DNA from: an uncultured delta proteobacterium
Lineage (GTDB): Bacteria > Myxococcota_A > Polyangia > Polyangiales > Polyangiaceae
NCBI GenBank assembly: GCA_963806225.1
Contig: CAWDXG010000004.1
Location: 3,008,001 to 3,072,000, forward strand
Reading direction: 5' to 3'
Length of the DNA: 64,000 nucleotides
The notes under the pieces are model-generated. The model saw only the letters and a program-made list of their open reading frames with translations, did not search any database and was not told the DNA's origin. Positions within the stretch are counted from its first letter, which is position 1; each line of letters starts with the position of its first letter. The position numbers were made by a program, and so were the translations under genes. Of the stretch, positions 46,794-59,035 are shown one piece after another.

Positions 46794-47762
46794 GCGACCT
46801 CCCGTAGCCGAGCTTCATCGGCGCGAACCATCGACACGAAAGCGTCCTCCACGGTGACCCGCGCGGGCCGCGACGAATGGATGGCGATACCGAGCGGTCC
46901 GAGCACCTGCGTCGCCAGGACCTCGGGGTCCGCACCGCCGCGCGTGGCCAGGCGGAGCACGGGACCGTAGTGCGCGACCTCGTCGACGGCCGGATTCTCA
47001 CGCAGGGCGTCGGCCGCTTCGGTAGCCCGTTCGACGTTCGAGCTCCGCAACGCGGAGCCCGCGCCGCTCGACGATCTGTTCTGGCGTACCCGTGTCCAGC
47101 AGCTCGCCGCGGAAAATGAACGCGAGCCGGTGGCAGCGCTCCGCCTCGTCCATGTAGTGCGTCGTCAGGAGCACGGTCGTGCCGCTTGCAGCGATGCGGT
47201 GGATCTGGTCCCAGAAGTCCCGCCGGCTCACGGGATCGACGCCCGCCGTGGGCTCGTCGAGGAACAGCAGCGGGGGCTCGTGGATGGTCGCGCTCGCCAG
47301 CGCCACGCGCTGCTTCCAGCCGCCCGACAGCGTACCGGCGAGCTGGTTCTTGCGATCGGTGAGGCCCGAGGTCTCGAGCACCTCCCTCACGCGCGCACGG
47401 CGGCGACCGAGCGGAACGCCGTAGATCCCCGCGTAGAAGCGTAGGTTCTCGATCACGCTCAGGTCCTCGTAGAGGCTGAAGCGCTGGGTCATGTAGCCGA
47501 TGCGCTCCTTGATCCGCTCGGCGTCCTTCGCGATGTCGTAGCCGACGACGGTGCCCTTTCCGCCGCTCGGGTCGAGGATGCCGCACAGCATGCGGATCGT
47601 CGTGGACTTGCCCGCTCCGTTGGGGCCAAGCACTCCGAAGATCTCGCCGCGTCGAACCGAGAGCGTCACGTCGCGCACCGCCTCGAGATGACCGAAGCGA
47701 CGCGACAGGTGTTCCGTCTCGATGATCGGGCCGGAGGGCGGCGGACCGCTCACTTCGCTCAT
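46790..47762 (-). CDS. ABC transporter ATP-binding protein; frameshift ~47040
   Basis: GPNGAGKST, LSGGWKQR, LDEPT, TTHYMDEAE; C-terminus in ORF 46790..47050 (TVEDAFVSMV). Confidence 0.92.
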
Positions 47763-48742
47763 TTGGCCGGCTGTCCCCGCGTGATGTCCACGAACGCGGG
47801 GACACCCGCATGCAAGCGCTGCTCCGGGTCGTCGATGCGCACGCGCACGCGCACGACCAGGTTCGGCCGTTCGCGTTCGCTGAACAGGAAGCGCGGCGTG
47901 AACTCTGTCCGGCGCGCGATGTCCTCGACGTGCCCGCCCAGCGCCCCGCTCAGCGAGTCGACGTGCACGGACGCCTTGTCACCAACGCGGAGCCCATCCA
48001 GCTTGCCCTGTGGCACGAACACGTCCGCATAGGGATGGTGCGTGTCGGCTACGGTCACCACCGGCGAACCTGGGGCGACCACCTCGCCCGGTTCGACGTG
48101 TACGTCGAGCACCGTTCCACCAGCCAACGCGTGCAGCTCGTAGCGGCGGATGCGGTCGTCTTCCAGAGAGACAGCCTTGTCGGCAGCGGTCGCCTTGGCC
48201 TCCGCACCCTGGATCTCCTGCTTGCGCGCGCCCTCGCGCAGCGCCTGCAGCCGGTGCTGGAGCGACTGCCGCTGCGCGGTCGCTTCGCTGAGTCGCGCTT
48301 CGATCTGGTCGAGCGCCGACTGCGTGGAAACGCCCTTCTTCAGCAGACCCCGCTCGCGCTTGGCGTTCTTGTCGAGTAGAGCCTCGCTGGCGCGTGCGGC
48401 CCGCACCTGTGCGGCTACGGAACGGATCTCCTCGGGGCGGCTGCCGGCCTTGAGCAGCGAGACCTGCGCCGATGCAGCGCTGGCTTCCGCCGCGCGCGAT
48501 TCGCGAGCCGTGCGCTCCAGCGAGTCGTCGAGCGTGGCGAGGCGTTCCTTCGCCTTGACGGTGTCGCCGCGGTCCACGGCGACCTGGAGCACCCGTCCGC
48601 CGACCTCGAAGCCCAGCACACGCTCGTCGAACTCCACGATCCCCTCGTAGGCGCCTGGGTACTTCTGCTTCGGCTGGCAGCCAGAAATCCCAATGAAAAC
48701 GGCTACCAAGGCCAGCCACGCCGGCAACCAGTTTTTTATCAT
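47759..48742 (-). CDS. HlyD/YbhG-like membrane fusion protein (lipoprotein)
   Basis: ISGC lipobox, GRVLQVAVDRGD.VK, coiled coil, EPGEVV.PG.PVV, EFTP. Confidence 0.9.
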   Translation of the reverse strand: MIKNWLPAWLALVAVFIGISGCQPKQKYPGAYEGIVEFDERVLGFEVGGRVLQVAVDRGDTVKAKERLATLDDSLERTARESRAAEASAASAQVSLLKAGSRPEEIRSVAAQVRAARASEALLDKNAKRERGLLKKGVSTQSALDQIEARLSEATAQRQSLQHRLQALREGARKQEIQGAEAKATAADKAVSLEDDRIRRYELHALAGGTVLDVHVEPGEVVAPGSPVVTVADTHHPYADVFVPQGKLDGLRVGDKASVHVDSLSGALGGHVEDIARRTEFTPRFLFSERERPNLVVRVRVRIDDPEQRLHAGVPAFVDITRGQPAK

Positions 48743-48905
48743 GCGACTGATAATAGGTTTGGCGGGCGGGCTTCGCAAGGGGCCGGGGGCGGAATTCCGG
48801 GCAACGGCTGACGGCGATCGGCTTCTCGAATCGAGCGAGCCGCGGTGTAAGCGCCGCGGCCCCCCGACGTTCAGCAGGTGTCGGTTCGATTCGGAGGTAT
48901 TCGCC

Positions 48906-49841
48906 ATGCAACGCCACAAGTTCATTCTGGTCGCTCTCGCTAGCCTGCTCGCCGCCGCGTGCGGCGGCTCGTCGTATCCTTCCGCCCACGCCCCGGTCAG
49001 CGAGGGCGCCCGGAACGCAAGCGCTTCGCCTGTCGCGGCGGAGAGCACGGCGCCCGGCGCGCCGATGGCTGCTGACCAGGACGCTGTGGCATCCGCACCC
49101 GCCGCTGCCGGCGGAGCATTCCGCAGCGCAGACACCGAGCGCGGGCGGATGAAGTCGCGGAGCGAGCCTAGCCCCGGCGAGCGTCCCGGCCTCGGCACCA
49201 CCTTCGGTGAGACGCGCGAGAGCCATGTGTCGACCTCGCCGTTCTTCCGCGAGGATCCGGACAGCCCGCTCGCGGTCGCCAGCCTGTTCTACAACGACGC
49301 GCAGGGCGCCCGGGCGATGGCGCGCCGGAGTGGGTTTGTCGAGCGCGGCAACGGCGCCGTCAGCGTTCTGAACGGCGCGCTCACCGTGCAGCTGCTCGAC
49401 GCGAGCGGCCGCCCGCTCCGCGGTCTGGAAGGCAGCGGGCGCACCTACGCGATCGGCGAAGCCGGCCAGCGCTACATCATCGAGATCCGGAACCATACGC
49501 GCAATCGCGTGGAAGCCGTCGCCACGGTGGACGGCCTGGACGTGATCGACGGCCGCGCGGGCTCCTTGTCGAAGCGCGGCTACATTGTCGCTCCTTTCGC
49601 TACGGTCGACATCGACGGCTTCCGCCGCAGCGAGGACACGGTCGCGGCATTCCGCTTCGGCTCGGTGCGCGGGTCGTATGCTGCGAAGAAGGGCAACGAC
49701 CGCAACGTGGGCGTGATTGGCGTCGCGTTCTTCGAGGAGCAGAACTCGCGCTTCCCGTGGACCGACGAGGAGATCGATCGCCGCCACAGCGCCGACCCCT
49801 TCCCCGGCCGCTTCGCCACGCCCCCGCCCGATCGTTTCTAG
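48906..49841 (+). CDS. Hypothetical lipoprotein
   Basis: LAAAC lipobox; RPGLGT.FGE, G.RY.IEIRN, VDGLDVIDG, IDGFR, NVGVIGVAFF. Confidence 0.75.
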   Translation: MQRHKFILVALASLLAAACGGSSYPSAHAPVSEGARNASASPVAAESTAPGAPMAADQDAVASAPAAAGGAFRSADTERGRMKSRSEPSPGERPGLGTTFGETRESHVSTSPFFREDPDSPLAVASLFYNDAQGARAMARRSGFVERGNGAVSVLNGALTVQLLDASGRPLRGLEGSGRTYAIGEAGQRYIIEIRNHTRNRVEAVATVDGLDVIDGRAGSLSKRGYIVAPFATVDIDGFRRSEDTVAAFRFGSVRGSYAAKKGNDRNVGVIGVAFFEEQNSRFPWTDEEIDRRHSADPFPGRFATPPPDRF

Positions 49842-49859
49842 TCTGCCCCGAACCGGCAC

Positions 49860-49902
49860 CTGCCGGGCGGCTCCACGGAGAGCCGTCCGGCAGTTTTCTT
49901 TT
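49860..49902 (+). terminator. Rho-independent terminator
   Basis: 14-bp stem CTGCCGGGCGGCTC/GAGCCGTCCGGCAG (one G-U), 6-nt loop, TTTTCTTTT tail. Confidence 0.85.
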
Positions 49903-49950
49903 GTGCCTTCGCCGGCGCAAAGGCAGAGCAACCCCTATCCCCTACCCTCG

Positions 49951-50050
49951 TTTTACGATGTAACAAGTCGTGAATTGTTCATGCTGCTGTAACATTTTGA
50001 AATATAACTGCTTTGAAGATCTGAATTCTTGACTAAACACGTAGAGAATT
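49951..50050. promoter_or_regulatory. AT-rich intergenic segment upstream of proS
   Basis: ~100 bp AT-majority stretch in a strongly GC-rich window; TGTAACA at 49959-49965 and 49988-49994; TTGACT at 50029. Confidence 0.5.
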
Positions 50051-50101
50051 GCCCCGGGCGCCGCACCCCGCGCGGGCCTGTGCTACGAGGCGCGAGCCGT
50101 C

Positions 50102-51820
50102 ATGCGATACAGCCGCGCTCTCCTACCCACGCTCAAGGAGGCGCCGTCCGATGCGACGAGCGCCAGCCACGTACTCCTGCTCCGTGCCGGCTACGTGCGC
50201 CGCGTCGGGGCCGGTATCTACAGCTATCTGCCGCTCGGGCTGCGCGTGCTCAAGCGCATCGAAAGCATCGTGCGCGAGGAGATGAATCGCGCCGGCGCCC
50301 AGGAAGTGCTGCTGCCCGCTCTGCTGCCGGCGGACTACTTCCGCGAGTCGGGGCGCTGGGACACCTTCGGCGACACGATGTTCAGGCTGAAGGACCGCAA
50401 GGGCGGCGACTACCATCTCGGTCCCACGCACGAGGAGATCATCACGGCGCTCGTCCGGCACGAGATCAAGAGCTATCGCGATCTGCCGAGGAACCTCTAC
50501 CAGATCCAGACCAAGTTCCGCGATGAACCCCGCCCGCGCGGCGGCCTCTTGCGCTGCCGCGAGTTCAGCATGAAGGACGCGTACTCCTTCGACGTGAACG
50601 ACGAGGCGGGCCTCGAAAGCTACGAGCAGATGCGGCTCGCCTACCGCCGCGTGTTCGACCGGCTCGGGCTGAACTACCGCATGGTCGCCGCCGACAGCGG
50701 CGCGATGGGCGGCAAGAGCAGCGCGGAGTTCCAGGTGCTCGTCCAGAGCGGCGAGGACGTCATCGCCGCGTGCCTGCAGTGCGAATACGCGGCCAACCTC
50801 GAAGTCGCCACCACGCCGCCCATGCCGAAACGCGGTGACCCCTCCACGACGCCCCCGCTGGAGAAGGTCGAGACGCCGGCACAGAAGACCATCGACGAGG
50901 TGTCGGCGTTTCTGGGCGCGTCGCCGGATCGATTCCTGAAGAGCCTTCTGTACCTGGCCGGCGAGGACGTGGTGATGGCCATCGTGCGCGGCGATCACGA
51001 GGTCAACGAGATCAAGCTGGCCCGCGCGCTGGGTGTGGACGAAGTGCACCTCGCGGGGCCCGCCGATGTCGAGAAGGCCACCGGAGCCGCCGTTGGCTTC
51101 GCCGGTCCGGTCGGATTCAAGGGGCGCCTGCTCGTGGACCGTGACGCAGCCAGTATCGCCGACGCCATCTCCGGCGCGAACGAGACGGACGCCCACTTGA
51201 AGCACGTGGTCCGGGGCCGTGACTACGAAGGCGAGGTCCACGAAATCCGCAGCGTCATGGATGGCGATCTGTGTCCCTCGTGCGGGGCCTCGCTGGGCCT
51301 GTACCGCGGCATCGAGGCCGGCCATATCTTCCTGCTCGGCACCCGCTACAGCGCGCAGATGAACGCCAACTACCTGGACGAGGCCGGCGAAAGCCATCCG
51401 CTCGTCATGGGCTGCTACGGCATCGGCGTTTCCAGGCTGGTCGCCACCACCGTCGAGCAGTACAACGACAAGGACGGCATCCTGTGGCCGATGAGCATCG
51501 CGCCCTATCACGTGCACATCGCCCAGCTGGGCACCGACGCGGACGTGGTCGCGGCGGTGGAGAAGCTCGAAGCCGAGCTCGAGGCGCGGGGTCTGGACGT
51601 GCTGGTCGACGATCGCGATGAGCGTCCCGGCGTCAAGTTCAAGGACGCGGACCTGATCGGCATCCCGCTCAGGGTCACGGTCGGAGCCAAGGCTCTCAAA
51701 GCGGGCGGCGTGGAGCTGAAGCCGCGGCGGGAGCGCGACCAGAAAAAGGCGGAGCTCCTGCCGCTCGAGAGCGCGGCCGACACGATCCAGGCGCACGTCC
51801 GGCAGATGCTCGAGGCCTGA
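50102..51820 (+). CDS. proS: Prolyl-tRNA synthetase (with INS editing domain)
   Basis: SH.LLLRAGY, LGPTHEE, QIQTKFRDE.RPR.GL.R.REF.MKDAYSF, GIEAGHIF.LGT.YS, MGCYGIG. Confidence 0.97.
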   Translation: MRYSRALLPTLKEAPSDATSASHVLLLRAGYVRRVGAGIYSYLPLGLRVLKRIESIVREEMNRAGAQEVLLPALLPADYFRESGRWDTFGDTMFRLKDRKGGDYHLGPTHEEIITALVRHEIKSYRDLPRNLYQIQTKFRDEPRPRGGLLRCREFSMKDAYSFDVNDEAGLESYEQMRLAYRRVFDRLGLNYRMVAADSGAMGGKSSAEFQVLVQSGEDVIAACLQCEYAANLEVATTPPMPKRGDPSTTPPLEKVETPAQKTIDEVSAFLGASPDRFLKSLLYLAGEDVVMAIVRGDHEVNEIKLARALGVDEVHLAGPADVEKATGAAVGFAGPVGFKGRLLVDRDAASIADAISGANETDAHLKHVVRGRDYEGEVHEIRSVMDGDLCPSCGASLGLYRGIEAGHIFLLGTRYSAQMNANYLDEAGESHPLVMGCYGIGVSRLVATTVEQYNDKDGILWPMSIAPYHVHIAQLGTDADVVAAVEKLEAELEARGLDVLVDDRDERPGVKFKDADLIGIPLRVTVGAKALKAGGVELKPRRERDQKKAELLPLESAADTIQAHVRQMLEA

Positions 51821-51881
51821 GCGCTCGGCGCCGGCTGGCGCTCCCGCCGTTTTCTCGATAGAGCTTCGGCGGAGGACGACA

Positions 51882-53075
51882 GTGAGCACCGAGAAGGACG
51901 CCGCCAGCTCGACGGAATCCGTCCACGCCGGCACCGACACGAAGCGCCCGCACCACACGCTGGCCGGCGGTATCGCCCAGACGGCAACCTACACGTTCGA
52001 CAGCACGGCCGACCTGGAGCGCTACATGCGGGGCGAGGACCCGGACCCGGAGCGCGAGGAGTACGGGCGCTACGGCAACCCGACCGTGCGCGAGCTGGAG
52101 CGGCGCCTGGCAGCGCTCGAAAGCGCCGACGATGCGGTCGCGTTCGCCAGCGGGATGGCCGCGATCAGCACAGCGGTGCTGGCGCTGGTCAAGGCCGGGG
52201 ATCACATCGTGCTGTTCCGCGACTGCTACCGGCGCACCCGCCAGCTGGTCACGGGCACACTGTCACGCCTCGGCATCGAACACAGCATCGTGCCACCCGG
52301 CGATCTCGTGGCGCTGGACAAGGCGATCCGGGACAACACGCGGCTCGTTCTCAGCGAATCACCGACCAATCCGTTCTTGTACTGCGTCGACCTGGAGAAG
52401 CTCGCGGAAGTCGCCCGCTCGCACGGTCGCATCCGCACCATCGTGGATGCGACGTTCGCGACACCGGTGAACTGCCGACCTGCCACGTTCGGAGTCGACC
52501 TGGTCGTACACAGCGCCACCAAGTACCTGAGCGGGCACAACGACGTGCTCGGCGGACTGGTGGCGGGGTCAAGCTCGCTGACCTCGCTCGTGCGCGACGC
52601 GCGGGGCGTGCTCGGCGGCGTTCTTGATCCGCACGCCGCGTTCCTGATCGGCCGTGGCCTGAAGACACTCGGCGTGCGCGTCGAACGCCAGAACAGAACC
52701 GCTCTTGCCGTCGCCCGCATGCTCGAAAAGCAGCCAGCGGTGAGCCGCGTGTACTACCCGGGGCTGGAGAGCCACCCGTCGTTCAGAGTCGCCCGCGCGC
52801 AGATGCACGGCGGTGGCGGCGTGGTGAGCTTCGTCGTCAACGGCGGGCGGGAAGCGGCATCACGCGTTGTCGATCGCTGTACGATCGCGCGCATCGCTCC
52901 GTCGCTGGGCGGCGTCGAGACACTCGTCGAGCAGCCCGCAATCATGAGCTACTTCGAGCTCGGCGATGAACAGCTGGCCGAGCTCGAGATCGACCCTGCG
53001 CTGATCCGCCTGGCTGTGGGCATCGAGGACGCCGACGACCTGATCGCGGACCTGACGCAGGCCCTCCAAGGCTGA
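51882..53075 (+). CDS. Cys/Met metabolism PLP enzyme (cystathionine gamma-synthase/lyase family)
   Basis: YGRYGNPT, FASGMAAI, ESPTNP, DATFATP, HSATKYLSGHND, SLGGVE, IRLAVGIED. Confidence 0.93.
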   Translation: MSTEKDAASSTESVHAGTDTKRPHHTLAGGIAQTATYTFDSTADLERYMRGEDPDPEREEYGRYGNPTVRELERRLAALESADDAVAFASGMAAISTAVLALVKAGDHIVLFRDCYRRTRQLVTGTLSRLGIEHSIVPPGDLVALDKAIRDNTRLVLSESPTNPFLYCVDLEKLAEVARSHGRIRTIVDATFATPVNCRPATFGVDLVVHSATKYLSGHNDVLGGLVAGSSSLTSLVRDARGVLGGVLDPHAAFLIGRGLKTLGVRVERQNRTALAVARMLEKQPAVSRVYYPGLESHPSFRVARAQMHGGGGVVSFVVNGGREAASRVVDRCTIARIAPSLGGVETLVEQPAIMSYFELGDEQLAELEIDPALIRLAVGIEDADDLIADLTQALQG

Positions 53076-53284
53076 ACGCTTGCTCCGCCATCGGTAGCCA
53101 CCACGACGCAGTCGCAACGCGGGTCACCCGGACTTTCCAAGGAAAAGCCCCGGAGGCGACGCCAGGCGCGCACCTACGGGAACCCGTGGCGCCAATGTAG
53201 GTGCGGTGTCGAACGGCAACCGGTCCACCCGGGAGCGTTTGCTCCGGCCGAACCCGCGATATATAGCTGACCGGGAGGGGTTGA

Positions 53285-54174
53285 ATGCGACTACGAACCT
53301 GGTTCTTGCGCGACGTGGTGGATGCCATCGAACGCGAGCACACCGGTGGCGTACAGGACCGGCTGAAGGCACGTTTGCCGGAGCGGCTCGCCGAGCACCT
53401 CGACAGCGGCCGCCTGCGCGACGCAGCGCCTACCGACACCATCTCGCTGGACGATGGCGAAGAGCTGCTTCTGGCCGTCGACTCGGCTCTGGGCAACGGC
53501 TCGGGCCGCGTGCTCGAAGAGGCCGCGCTCGGCCTGGCAACGCGCGTGCTGTCGCAGGGGGGCGGCGTCGCGGTCATCGGAGATCTGCTCGGCACCATGC
53601 GCCGCATGCGCGCTCCGCTGGAGCGCCCATTCGTGGACGTCGATCTCGTGTTCGAGCTGACGGAGACCGATACCGGCTTCTCCTTGACGCTGGGGATCGC
53701 CGGGCGCCCACGCTCGGCGCGCATGCTCCGGCATCTCGGTGTCGGCACCATCCGCGCCGCCCACCGCTTCAGTCGCGAGACGGACGACGGCGACTTCAAG
53801 CTGTACGCCGAGGTGAGCGCTGACAGAGCCAACATCTCCGCTCGCTATCGCCAGCCAGTCTCGCAGCCCGGCACGCACGAGGAGGCGCCGACGCCCAGCC
53901 GCCGCCCGTCGCGAAAGGCACGGTCGGTCACCCAGCCGCGGCTCGCGGACGAGGTCGAGCGCATCCTCGGGCACGGTGCGAGCGCGCCTCCGCCGGCAGA
54001 CGAGGTGCGCCGACGTCCGTCGACGATGCCGCCGCCACGTACGTCGTTGGTGGCCGATGTTTCGCCGCCTTCAGTTCCACCCGTGCACTCGCCGAGCGGC
54101 GTGCGGGCCCGGGGGATGATCGACCAGGACGAGACAGGCCCCGCCGACCCCGAAAGTGGCACGGGAAGCTCCGG

Positions 54175-54178
<4 letters not shown>
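53285..54178 (+). CDS. Hypothetical protein with globular N-terminal domain and Pro-rich tail
   Basis: Long ORF with plausible helical/beta N-terminal domain; family not recognised with confidence. Confidence 0.6.
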
Positions 54179-55905
<1,727 letters not shown>

Positions 55906-55962
55906 GGAATGGAAATAGCGCCACAAGCGGCGCTTGCCCAGGGCCGAGCGCGGCGGGCGCTC

Positions 55963-56463
55963 CTAGCAGCCCGAAACGCTGATCCACGCGCTGCGGAGCG
56001 GGATCGAGCGCCCGCCGCCGAGCGTGTCCGTCACGGTTCCGGCGATGACGACCTGGCCTGCGCACAGATTGGCCTTGTCGCTGGCAGACAGCAGCACGGA
56101 ACCGTCGACGGTGAACGCGATGTTCTTCGTCTGTCCGACGCCGACGCTGACCGTACCTGGATCCGGTCCCACCTTCAGCGGCGCCAGCAACGTATCGTTG
56201 CTGTTTGCGCCCACGAGCGAAAAGCTCTCGACTGTCACATGGGTCCCCTGGGAGGCGTAGTCGCCGAGCTTCAACATCAGCGTGAACCCCCCGCCGAGTT
56301 GCGTGCCCAGCGCCAGGTCCTTCACCGATAGACTCGCGCTTTCGATGTGCGCGTCCAGCGAGACGCTCTGCTTGCTCCCGCATCCGCTCGCGCTGGCCAC
56401 CAGCCCCAGTAGAAGCGCGGGCCCCAGGCGCCCGGACGCCCTCTTTTGCAGCTTTGCCGACAT
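55963..56463 (-). CDS. Hypothetical beta-rich lipoprotein
   Basis: LLLGLVASASGC lipobox; ends ISVSGC. Confidence 0.65.
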   Translation of the reverse strand: MSAKLQKRASGRLGPALLLGLVASASGCGSKQSVSLDAHIESASLSVKDLALGTQLGGGFTLMLKLGDYASQGTHVTVESFSLVGANSNDTLLAPLKVGPDPGTVSVGVGQTKNIAFTVDGSVLLSASDKANLCAGQVVIAGTVTDTLGGGRSIPLRSAWISVSGC

Positions 56464-56502
56464 TCGGCGAGCATACCGCACCTGGCGCGCTATCCTCGCC
56501 CC

Positions 56503-58116
56503 GTGCGTGCTCGACCCCGACGAGCAGCAACCGTCGCCGCGCTGGCGGGGTGGCTTTCCATGACCGCAGGCTGCAGTCCGCGGACTTCGCTGCCCGCGGC
56601 GGTCCCGCCTCCAGCGTCGGGGCCGACGCGCGTGACGCGCCGCACACCGCCGGTCGCGACAGCTTCCAGCCCGGCTGCGCCGCCGCACGCCGCGCACGCG
56701 GCGCCCGCTCCTCCCAAGCCCGCACCGCCCCCTGTGCGTCATCTCGGCGCGATCGGGACGGCCGCGCCGACGGTGTTCGAAGCCGCTGGCAGCGACGGGA
56801 GCTGGGTCGCACTGTGCCAGGCCCGCCGCGACACGAACGGCGACGGACACGTCGCCGTCGATGTCGGCAAGCGCGGCAAGCTGTCAGGCGATCGCATGCA
56901 GAGCTACCTGGTGCTCGGCGACGGCGACGGCGAGGCGATCGACGAACTCGCAGCGTACGATCCGACCGGGCGCTGGCTGGTTGTCATGCAGCACGGCCGG
57001 CCGGTGCTGATCGACAGCCGCTCGGGCAAGCGCCTCGATCTGGGCGCGCTCGGAGCCGACGCACGGGACGACGCCCTGCCCTACCGCCAGCACCGGGTGC
57101 TGTCCTTCGACGCGGGCGGCACGCGCCTTCTGTACGCAAGGCGGAAGGCGGGCAAGACGCGAGTGGTCGTGCGCGACCTCGTGAGCGGTGCCGAAACGCT
57201 CGTGGATCCGGGGCCGGGAAGGCTCTGGCGCGCCCGGCTCAGCCCTGACGGCTCGCAGGTCGTGCTGCGCATGATCGTCGACGACACGAACAAGAACGGG
57301 AAGCTCGATTGGCCGGTGCCGGCACGCAAGAACAACCCGTGGCGCTGCCAAGGTCCCATCGCTACCTACCCGAGCTGGCTGTCCCGCGGGGACGAGCCTA
57401 CGGTCAAGGTCGCGCCGAGCTCGGGCGGCAGCGCCAAGGTGGTGCCCGGATTTGCCGATCCTTTCGGTCGCTCGCTGCTCGTGCGTGACGCCAACGGACG
57501 GCTGAACCTGGCGCACGATTCGGGCGACCCGGAAAAGCTCGCAGACGACAAATGCGGCGCCCGCGTGCTGCACGCCGACGCTACGCGCGGGCTCGTCCTG
57601 GTGGCCTGCTCGGCGCCCAGAGGTCGCAGCCCGCTCGCCCTCGTGGGGGCCGGATATCACCAGGACCTCAAGGCGGACCTCGCGGCTGCGCCTCCAGATC
57701 GCTGGCCCGCCGGCAGCTCCCGGCTTCTGGCGCTCTATCCCGGAGCCGATACCGCGCTTCTGGATCTCGACACCAGGAAGCTCTCGCTCCTGCATCGCGG
57801 TGACCGGGTGATCGCGACTTCGGGCGCTCGTGCTCTAGTGCAGCGCGGGCGACGGCTCGTGATCCACGACGTGGACAGCGCCCGCGAGCGCGTCATCGAG
57901 GGGCGCACCGACCGGCTTCCCGACGCGCGGGCAACGGGCCGCTTCGCTGTGGTCGCGCCGCTGGTGGTCGACCTCGGAGCGGGCAAGCTGCTCGGCAAGG
58001 TCAGCGGCCGTCCGCTCGCCGTGTCCAGCGCCGGGCTCGTGCTGGTCGCCCAGGGACGGCAGGCCCGGGCCCACCAGCTTTCGCTCGGACCACTGCGCTG
58101 GGTCGAGCCCCGATAG
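56503..58116 (+). CDS. Hypothetical lipoprotein, beta-propeller-like, with Dx(D/N)xDG-type motifs
   Basis: TAGC lipobox, DPTGRWL / DAGGTRL / SPDGSQV blade-like motifs; DTNGDG and DTNKNGKLD. Confidence 0.65.
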   Translation: MRARPRRAATVAALAGWLSMTAGCSPRTSLPAAVPPPASGPTRVTRRTPPVATASSPAAPPHAAHAAPAPPKPAPPPVRHLGAIGTAAPTVFEAAGSDGSWVALCQARRDTNGDGHVAVDVGKRGKLSGDRMQSYLVLGDGDGEAIDELAAYDPTGRWLVVMQHGRPVLIDSRSGKRLDLGALGADARDDALPYRQHRVLSFDAGGTRLLYARRKAGKTRVVVRDLVSGAETLVDPGPGRLWRARLSPDGSQVVLRMIVDDTNKNGKLDWPVPARKNNPWRCQGPIATYPSWLSRGDEPTVKVAPSSGGSAKVVPGFADPFGRSLLVRDANGRLNLAHDSGDPEKLADDKCGARVLHADATRGLVLVACSAPRGRSPLALVGAGYHQDLKADLAAAPPDRWPAGSSRLLALYPGADTALLDLDTRKLSLLHRGDRVIATSGARALVQRGRRLVIHDVDSARERVIEGRTDRLPDARATGRFAVVAPLVVDLGAGKLLGKVSGRPLAVSSAGLVLVAQGRQARAHQLSLGPLRWVEPR

Positions 58117-58119
58117 CGG

Positions 58120-58995
58120 TCAGGACGAGAACAGGGATTTGAAGGCTTGCAGCATCCCGCGCACCCGCACGAAGCGACGCGCGGGGTCGATGGCGAGCAC
58201 CTGCTTCACCCAGTCGTCAACGTCGGGCGGCAGGTCCGGTCGCTTGGCACGCAGGCTCGGCCGTTCAGCGCGGGTCGCCAGTCGCAGCATCTTCTCCAGG
58301 CCATCGGCCGCGAACGGCGGCTCGCCCGCCAGCGCCCGGTACATCACGGCGCCAAGAGCGTACACGTCGATCCGCTGGTCGAGCTTGCCGCCCTGCCACG
58401 CCTCGGGAGCGATGTAGCTGGGCGAGCCGGCGATGAAGCCGTCGTGCGTAAAGCTGCGCAGCCGCATGAACTTGGCGAGCCCGAAATCGAGCAGGCGAAC
58501 CCCGCCGCCGCGCGCCGGATCGATGACGAAGATGTTCGCCGGCTTGATGTCGCGGTGCACGATGCCCTGCGCGTGGGCGGCTTCCAGCGTCTCGACCACC
58601 GGACCGATCAGCTCGAGCAGAGCGCCGACCGGAAGCCGGCCGCCGCCGGCTTCGATGCCGCGGAGGTGGTCGTCCAGGTCCTGACCGTTAAGGAACTCCA
58701 TCACGAGACACAGTGCGCCGTCGCTCGTCCACAGCTGATCGAGCACGCGCACCGCCGCCGTACCGCCGAGATTCGCCAGCGCGTGTGCTTCGCGGAACAT
58801 GCGTTCGCGCCACTCGGGCTCGGCGGCGACGGTGTCGTTCAGCACCTTGATCGCGACCAGATCGTGATCGCGCACGTCCTCGGCGCGATAGACCATGCCC
58901 TGACCACCCCGGTCGATCAGGTCGGTCAGGCGGTAGCGCCCACCGATGAGCTCGCCGCTCCTGTCCCGCGTGGGCCTGTTCGTCGCGGGCTGCAT
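58120..58995 (-). CDS. Stand-alone Ser/Thr protein kinase
   Basis: RGGQG, AIK, HRDIKPAN, DFG, GSPSYIAPE; no TM or sensor. Confidence 0.92.
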   Translation of the reverse strand: MQPATNRPTRDRSGELIGGRYRLTDLIDRGGQGMVYRAEDVRDHDLVAIKVLNDTVAAEPEWRERMFREAHALANLGGTAAVRVLDQLWTSDGALCLVMEFLNGQDLDDHLRGIEAGGGRLPVGALLELIGPVVETLEAAHAQGIVHRDIKPANIFVIDPARGGGVRLLDFGLAKFMRLRSFTHDGFIAGSPSYIAPEAWQGGKLDQRIDVYALGAVMYRALAGEPPFAADGLEKMLRLATRAERPSLRAKRPDLPPDVDDWVKQVLAIDPARRFVRVRGMLQAFKSLFSS

Positions 58996-59035
58996 GGCCG
59001 CGACAGTCTACCACCCGCGCCCGCCCGCTCCCGCG

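Noticed and set aside
36445..47762. Programmed frameshifting or phase variation in sucC, sucD, dapE, fdhD and the ABC ATPase
   Set aside because: No consistent slippery or homopolymer motif was recognised, and there are too many independent breaks in housekeeping genes.
49951..50050. Replication origin, dif site or T-box leader
   Set aside because: No TTATCCACA boxes, no XerC/D consensus and no T-box sequence were recognised.
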